Source: an uncultured bacterium
GTDB lineage: Bacteria > Acidobacteriota > DATKUA01
Assembly (NCBI GenBank): GCA_965602675.1
Contig: CBFCZO010000005.1
Span: 2,524-66,523, forward strand
DNA length: 64,000 nt
Reading direction: 5' to 3'
The notes beneath the pieces were generated by a model, which saw nothing but the letters and a program-made list of their open reading frames with translations, was not told where the DNA came from and searched no databases. Positions 58,395-64,000 of this stretch are shown here, one piece after another; the stretch's first letter is position 1, and each line of letters starts with the position of its first letter. Both the position numbers and the translations under genes were made by a program.

Positions 58395-61256
58395 CTAGAA
58401 ACTGGTTTCCGCCTTATCTTCTTCTTTCTTCTCCGGCGCTTCGCGTAGTTCCGCAGGAGCCTGCCAGTTCATCAGTGTGTTGTAGACGTAGCTGAAGTTG
58501 GCATGATTCATCCAGCGGTACATCGGGTTGAAGCCGAAGAGGACGACGCGGCCCTTGCCAAGCGGGGCGTCGATGATCGCTGCCGAGCCGTCGATCGCGT
58601 TGCCGTTGCGTAACAAGCCGCTACGGAGCAGAGGAATCTTCTTGCCTTGTCTTGCAGATTGCTCGCCTCCTCCGCCGGCCATGCCGTAGGGACCAAACCT
58701 GCCGCCAGCGGCATCCGGCTCCTTGGTGCCGAACTGGAGCACGACGTACTTCCGCATGTGCTCGGCCACGTTGAAGAGCGGCAGCTGGCTGCGATAGATC
58801 GACGGGTGCTCGTCGTAACCGTAGGCTATCGGGTTGCCCGGCTGTCGAACCGTGCCGGCAAGGATGGTGCCCGGACAGGCAACGGTGCGCGGTAGCTGCG
58901 AGCCGTAGACGCCGCTGACGAAACCAAGATCGGTCACTAGGCTCGAGCCTGTACCCATTGTGATCAGCGTGCCGCCTTCCTTGACGTACTTCTCGAGTTC
59001 GAGTGCTCCCTCGAGGCCGAGGCCTCCGGTGATGTCGTCGCTGGAATCGGGGTAACCCATGTACTTGAATTCTTCAGTCTTGTTGTAAGCGATGGGGGAG
59101 TGGCGGGAATCGACTCCGCGCAGCATGCGTACGCCGCCGCCCCAGCCGCCCTGGTGCGGAATGATAATCACGTCGAAATCGGCGAGCAGGCCGCCCTTGC
59201 GGATGCGCTCGTCGTTGATCAGCGTAAAGGGCACGTTGTCCTGCTCCAGCGCATAGCGTGTCCAGCCGCTCTCCTGGGTATTGAACCAGGAGTGGTACAT
59301 CGCCAGGCGCGGCAGCTTGATCGTGCGCAGCTCGGGCGGATCGAATTCCGCGGGCATGAACGTATTCAGCCGGTACTTATCGAAAATTTGCGATACCTTT
59401 ACAGCCGTCTCATCGTTAACGCGGAAGCCAGGCAGTACCCAAGTGCCGGCGGGGAAGGTTTTCTCACCGACCTTGAATTCCTTGTCGGCTGCTTTCACTT
59501 CGACGCCCGCTTCTTCGAGCTCGACGATGGCGTTGATCATGGCGGTGCCCTGCGGCTCGACAAGTGTGTAATCCGCCTGGCGCATGCCCCCGCGCTCGCC
59601 GCCGAAAGCCGGGCCGTCGCCGAATACCTCCATCGCGGCCTCGAGTACGGCCTTGTCGCCGATTTCCTCTGTTTTGACATCCATCATCAAACCAATAGTC
59701 CAGGCCGTGGCGTCGTAGGGATTGTTACTGTAATTCTGCGGCCACTCCTGTTTTTCGAGAAGAGTCTTGGCGATTGTGCGGTAGGGCTGATCTAGGCGGA
59801 CGACTACACTGCCGGTGGGATAAGTCTTCGCCTTTTCGCCTTCGCCGAGGGTGAGATCGGCACTCAGGAGGTGCATCTCGACGCCCTGACGACGCATTAC
59901 ATCGAGCAAGCGGTTGGCCGCCAGCGGGTCCTTTTGTTCAGGCGGGATTATCCAGGCATAGGGCGTTTCACTGCTGCCGGCGGTAACGGCGTTGTTGCTC
60001 TTTTTCCAGAAGTTCTCAAGGACTGTATCGGCATGGCGGGCGGTGAAATCGAGCGCGATCAGGCAGCCGCTCTGTTGTAGGTTGACATTATTACGCAGGC
60101 TCCAGACCACCTTGTCAGGCGGCGGACTGGGCCTGTACCACTCGCGTGATGTGACATTGCCCCGGAAGCTGACCTCGCGTTCATAGGTGTTGGCACCTGC
60201 GTTGCCGTAAGTCTCGTAGAAGCGGCCGATGGCGTTGTGGTTATTCGGCAGCCAGAGGAGGTAGCCGGGATACCAGCCGGTATAGAAGCCGTGGGTCCAT
60301 ACGCCGGGTACGCCGTAGCTCGACATCTGCGTGACTTCATTGAAGGCGAACCATTGCCACTCATTGATCGTGATCGGGTCCTGCGCCGTGTAGTAGGGGC
60401 CGGTGCCGGTGGAGATGTATAGCAGGGGGACACTCTCATGCAGGTCGTGGCACACCTGGGGATGGAACATGAAGAAGGCGTTGAAGATATTGCGGGTCAG
60501 CGGCTGTGAGACCATGATTCCGTCGCGGTTGTTGTCGTGCTGGGTGTAGTCGCCCCAGTAAGGCGTCGAACGCGAGGGCAGGTCCTCCCACTTCTCGACC
60601 TTCTTGGTGTGGCGGTAGTACCAATTGACCTGGCGGTTCCAGCCGTCGGTCTCGAGCACCGGCACGATCAGCGCAACCACGTTGGCGCGGATGCGCTTGA
60701 TCATCTCGGTATCGGAGGCGGCGAGACGGTAGGCCAATTCCATTAGCATCTCGGGGCTGCCGGTCTCAGGCGAATGGAGGCCGCCGCTTATCAGGTAAAA
60801 CGGTTTGGCTTCCTTGACGATCTCACCCATTCGCTCCTCGTCGGTAACGCGCGGGTCGGCCAATGCCTTGGTCATCGCACGGTAACGGTCGAGGTCGGCG
60901 ATGGTGTCTGCGTCGGAGACAGCCACCACCACCATCATGTTTCCCTGGTGGCTTTTGCCGATATCGAACACCTTCACGCGGTCGCACTTCTCATCGAGCG
61001 TGCGGTAATAGCGGAGAATGTCGTCGTAATAAGTATGCTTACCGGGTGTGCCGGAGATGTAGCCGAGCACCTGTTTTGGCGAAGGAATGGTATCGCTGGC
61101 CGGCAGGTAGTCCACGAGCGGTGTGAGGAACCTTGCCTCGGTTGTGTACTCGTGGATCATTTTTGTTGCTTCCTCATCGCGCCTGTCCTGTGCAGCCAGA
61201 GTAACTGCTGCGAGTAAAAGGAAGACGGATAGGTGTAGAGCGGTTCTTTTACGCAT
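58395..61256 (-). CDS. M14 family zinc carboxypeptidase-like protein, exported
   Basis: Signal peptide, LHSPE (HxxE), DNNRD and DLHE; C-terminal GATase-like domain. Confidence 0.88.
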   Translation of the reverse strand: MRKRTALHLSVFLLLAAVTLAAQDRRDEEATKMIHEYTTEARFLTPLVDYLPASDTIPSPKQVLGYISGTPGKHTYYDDILRYYRTLDEKCDRVKVFDIGKSHQGNMMVVVAVSDADTIADLDRYRAMTKALADPRVTDEERMGEIVKEAKPFYLISGGLHSPETGSPEMLMELAYRLAASDTEMIKRIRANVVALIVPVLETDGWNRQVNWYYRHTKKVEKWEDLPSRSTPYWGDYTQHDNNRDGIMVSQPLTRNIFNAFFMFHPQVCHDLHESVPLLYISTGTGPYYTAQDPITINEWQWFAFNEVTQMSSYGVPGVWTHGFYTGWYPGYLLWLPNNHNAIGRFYETYGNAGANTYEREVSFRGNVTSREWYRPSPPPDKVVWSLRNNVNLQQSGCLIALDFTARHADTVLENFWKKSNNAVTAGSSETPYAWIIPPEQKDPLAANRLLDVMRRQGVEMHLLSADLTLGEGEKAKTYPTGSVVVRLDQPYRTIAKTLLEKQEWPQNYSNNPYDATAWTIGLMMDVKTEEIGDKAVLEAAMEVFGDGPAFGGERGGMRQADYTLVEPQGTAMINAIVELEEAGVEVKAADKEFKVGEKTFPAGTWVLPGFRVNDETAVKVSQIFDKYRLNTFMPAEFDPPELRTIKLPRLAMYHSWFNTQESGWTRYALEQDNVPFTLINDERIRKGGLLADFDVIIIPHQGGWGGGVRMLRGVDSRHSPIAYNKTEEFKYMGYPDSSDDITGGLGLEGALELEKYVKEGGTLITMGTGSSLVTDLGFVSGVYGSQLPRTVACPGTILAGTVRQPGNPIAYGYDEHPSIYRSQLPLFNVAEHMRKYVVLQFGTKEPDAAGGRFGPYGMAGGGGEQSARQGKKIPLLRSGLLRNGNAIDGSAAIIDAPLGKGRVVLFGFNPMYRWMNHANFSYVYNTLMNWQAPAELREAPEKKEEDKAETSF

Positions 61257-61417
61257 CCCTTAACCCCCATGTTTGGTGCGTTATGACCTTGGGTCGGCGG
61301 CTGATTCCCGGTTCGGAGATCGCGGCAAGACTCGGGAAGCCGTTACGGGATAATAATGCGACAGTTTCGCAAATAAATCAAACGTGATTATTTTCGGAAG
61401 TGCGGCTCGTGACGTTA

Positions 61418-62704
61418 CTATTCAAGCTTCAATTCCTCGATCCCATCCATGTAGGGTACGAGCGCTTCGGGCAGCAGGACGGAGCCGTCGGGCTGCTGGC
61501 CGTTCTCGAGCAGAGCGACTACCGTTCGCCCGACGGCCAGGCCGGAGCCGTTGAGCGTATGCGCGAAGGTGGGTTTACCGCCCGGCTCGGGGCGGTAGCG
61601 GATGCGGGCGCGGCGTGCCTGGAAGGCCTCGTAATTGCTACAGCTGGAGATCTCGCGGTAGCGCTCCTGGCTCGGCACCCAGACCTCCAGGTCATAGGTT
61701 TTTGAGGCACCGAAGCCGAGATCGCCTGTGCAGAGCGTGATTACCCGGTAGGGGAGTTCCAGCAGTTGAAGGACCTTTTCCGCGTGGCTGGTCAGCAACT
61801 CGAGTTGTTCGTAACTTTCCTCTTCACGGCAAAAGCGCACCATCTCGACCTTGTTGAACTGGTGGACGCGGATCAGGCCTCGGGTGTCGACTCCGTAGGA
61901 GCCCGCTTCCGAGCGGAAGCATGGCGTGTATGCGGCGAAGGCGGCCAGCAGCTCGGATCCATGGATAATCTCGTTGGCGAAGTAATTTGTCACTGGTACT
62001 TCGGCGGTCGGGCATAGATACAAACCGCGCTCGTCGGTCAGCTTAAACAGGTCATCCTCGAACTTTGGCAGCTGGCCGGTGCCGATCAGCGACTCGGTGT
62101 TGATAATGAACGGCGGCACCACCTCGCTGTAGCCGTGCTCGCGAGTGTGGAGATCGAGCATGAAATTGATCAGCGCCCGCTCGAGCCTCGCGCCGGCGCC
62201 GGTCATGAAATAGAAGCGCGCTCCGGTGACTTTCGCCCCGCGCTCCATATCCAGCAGTCTCAGGTTCTGACCGAGTTCGACGTGATCTTTGACCTCGAAG
62301 TCGAACTCCCGCCGCTCGCCCCAGCGGCGCACCTCTTCGTTGTCTTCCTCACTCTTGCCGATGGGAACGCTTTCGTGGGGGATGTTGGGGATCTCGAGCA
62401 TCAGGCTGTTGAATTCAGCCAGAGCGGAGCGCAGCTCGGTCTCCATCTCCTTCAGCCGTTCGCCCATCTCCTTCATCTCGCTCTTGATCTTCTCGGCTTC
62501 ATCACGCCGGCCCTCTTGCATCATCGGGCCGATGTTTTTCGACATTGCTTTGCGTTTTGCCTGGAGGCTCTCACTCTTGGCAATCAACGCGCGGCGGCGT
62601 TCGTCGAGCTGGATAAGGCCGTCGAGATCGAATTCGTAATTCCTGTTTTTCAGGCTGTCTCTGACAAGCCGGTCGTTTTTTCTGATCAGGTTGATATCGA
62701 GCAA
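61418..62704 (-). CDS. serS: Seryl-tRNA synthetase
   Basis: MLDI..IR coiled arm, [31 protein letters not shown] and TLNGSGLA. Confidence 0.98.
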   Translation of the reverse strand: MLDINLIRKNDRLVRDSLKNRNYEFDLDGLIQLDERRRALIAKSESLQAKRKAMSKNIGPMMQEGRRDEAEKIKSEMKEMGERLKEMETELRSALAEFNSLMLEIPNIPHESVPIGKSEEDNEEVRRWGERREFDFEVKDHVELGQNLRLLDMERGAKVTGARFYFMTGAGARLERALINFMLDLHTREHGYSEVVPPFIINTESLIGTGQLPKFEDDLFKLTDERGLYLCPTAEVPVTNYFANEIIHGSELLAAFAAYTPCFRSEAGSYGVDTRGLIRVHQFNKVEMVRFCREEESYEQLELLTSHAEKVLQLLELPYRVITLCTGDLGFGASKTYDLEVWVPSQERYREISSCSNYEAFQARRARIRYRPEPGGKPTFAHTLNGSGLAVGRTVVALLENGQQPDGSVLLPEALVPYMDGIEELKLE

Positions 62705-62796
62705 CTCTAACTCCCCGCCGTATGTTGATTACTGTATGCTACGTTCCTTTTCCGGACCAGATCTTACCATTTTGCCGGAGGATTCTCTTCCTTTGA

Positions 62797-63567
62797 TCAA
62801 TGGGCAATTCGCACCACCCGGAAACCGATGTTTTCATGCAGGCTTGTATCGGGATCGGCGCCGTCGCGGAAGTAATGCATGAAAACCATCGGCGTTGTGG
62901 CATTCCCTACGTATCCGCCGCGGATAACCTTGAGGTTTTCGATTTTCTCACCCACAACCGGATTAGTCTGATCTCCGGCGGAGTATGGCGCGTACCAGTC
63001 GAGACACCATTCGCGCACACCCCCTGCCATGTTTCTCAAGCCCCAGGGATTAGGCCTCAAGAGCGCTTCTTCGTCGAATTCATCGCCCCAGTAAAATCGG
63101 GTTGTCGTGTTCGCGCGGTAGGCGTACTCCCACTCGGCTTCCGTTGGCAGGCTGTAATACGCGGATTCGCTGCGAGAAAGCCTCTCGCAGAACTCCACAG
63201 CATCGTGCCAGGTGATATGGGTAACGGGCAGACCAGGACCCAGGATCTCGGAAGGATTCTCTCCCATTATCAACTCGTACTGGGCCTGAGTGATCTCGTT
63301 GATGCTGATATAGAAAGACCTGCTGATGGTGGCGGTGTGAGCCGGTCTGTTGCTTTCCAAGCCCAAGTTATGACCCATGACAAACGTTCCAGGTCTGATC
63401 AGACGGAACTCGATGCGAATAGAATCGGTCAGCGTGCTCGGAAAGCTATCCTCGGTTGTGGTTTCGCTCTCCGGCTCTGGCTGGGGCTCAGCTTCCTGCG
63501 CACAGCCGTTCAGCATGATGAAGAAAGCGAAAAACAGCGCGACCCGCATTCGCAGTCTTCTGTTCAT
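62797..63567 (-). CDS. FGE-sulfatase/SUMF1 domain lipoprotein
   Basis: LNGC lipobox, F.MG, LPTEAEWEYA, PNPWGL.NMAG.V.EWC.D and GFRVV. Confidence 0.88.
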   Translation of the reverse strand: MNRRLRMRVALFFAFFIMLNGCAQEAEPQPEPESETTTEDSFPSTLTDSIRIEFRLIRPGTFVMGHNLGLESNRPAHTATISRSFYISINEITQAQYELIMGENPSEILGPGLPVTHITWHDAVEFCERLSRSESAYYSLPTEAEWEYAYRANTTTRFYWGDEFDEEALLRPNPWGLRNMAGGVREWCLDWYAPYSAGDQTNPVVGEKIENLKVIRGGYVGNATTPMVFMHYFRDGADPDTSLHENIGFRVVRIAH

Positions 63568-63609
63568 AACATGCCTCCCGGCGGCATTCGCTCGGCCGGA
63601 CTACTACTA

Positions 63610-64000
63610 TCAATCGAGGCCCAGCACCTCGTTCAGGAACGGAATCACCTCGTTATCGAGAGTTTCCGGTGAGGCGTTGTCGAAGTGCCCACCGTCGCTA
63701 TTGATAACCAGCTTCTTTGGTTCGCCCGCAGCCGCGAAGATCTTGTCGGAGTGCCAGGGTGGGACAACGCGATCCCTCTCGCCTTTTAAAATCAGGAAGG
63801 GACGCGGAGTAATCTTCGGAGCTGCCGCCACCACGTCGACCTCTGACATTCCTCCGCCGAATCTCCTTTTAAAAGCGCTGTCTGCCGCCGCAATGAATAG
63901 AAACGGCGGGAGGAATAGGTTGCGGATGATGTGCCGCGTTTCCTCGCGCATGCTTGCGTAAGGGCTATCGGCGACGACTCCTTTTATGCGTTTGTCCTCA
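63610..64000 (-). CDS. Alpha/beta hydrolase, C-terminal part (5' end lies outside the window)
   Basis: Frame open to the window edge; GVVADSPYAS, PRPFLILKGERDRVVP, AAGEPK and GGH. Confidence 0.75.
   Translation of the reverse strand, partial: EDKRIKGVVADSPYASMREETRHIIRNLFLPPFLFIAAADSAFKRRFGGGMSEVDVVAAAPKITPRPFLILKGERDRVVPPWHSDKIFAAAGEPKKLVINSDGGHFDNASPETLDNEVIPFLNEVLGLD

Noticed and set aside
1-64000. CRISPR arrays, IS elements, rRNA
   Set aside because: I saw no regularly spaced repeat-spacer units, transposase or integrase motifs, or rRNA-like sequence.

Overview
A gene-dense, moderately GC-rich stretch of bacterial chromosome. Lipoproteins, outer-membrane barrels and hcp/HcpR suggest a diderm anaerobe or facultative anaerobe; the taxon cannot be fixed from sequence alone. 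Most genes belong to known families. These include an SSS symporter/amidohydrolase operon, a BMP-type nucleoside ABC importer, many exported peptidases (tricorn S41, S9A, S9B, CocE/S15, M24, M14, an HEXXH protein) and an otsA-otsB-DUF5752-treT trehalose operon. Also present are tRNA-His, HcpR-hcp with two FNR-type boxes, two MMPL/RND proteins (one in an ArsR-rhodanese-controlled operon), tandem alkaline phosphatases, a DUF72/EEP/ATL/REC-PAS cluster and serS. I found no integrase, transposase, CRISPR array or rRNA. The standout is 6.2-9.8 kb, where a Cys-rich ECF sigma factor is followed by two paralogous proteins, each a predicted 7-TM domain fused to a C-terminal Xis/BldC-like HTH. Between them lies a 71-aa ORF with a Pro-rich tail, preceded by direct repeats. 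The paralogs differ mainly in their predicted outer loops, and the small protein shares the motif VVSFPD with the linker of its downstream neighbour. This is a candidate undescribed membrane-anchored one-component (possibly peptide-sensing) signalling system. All family calls come from motif recognition by eye; no database searches were run.
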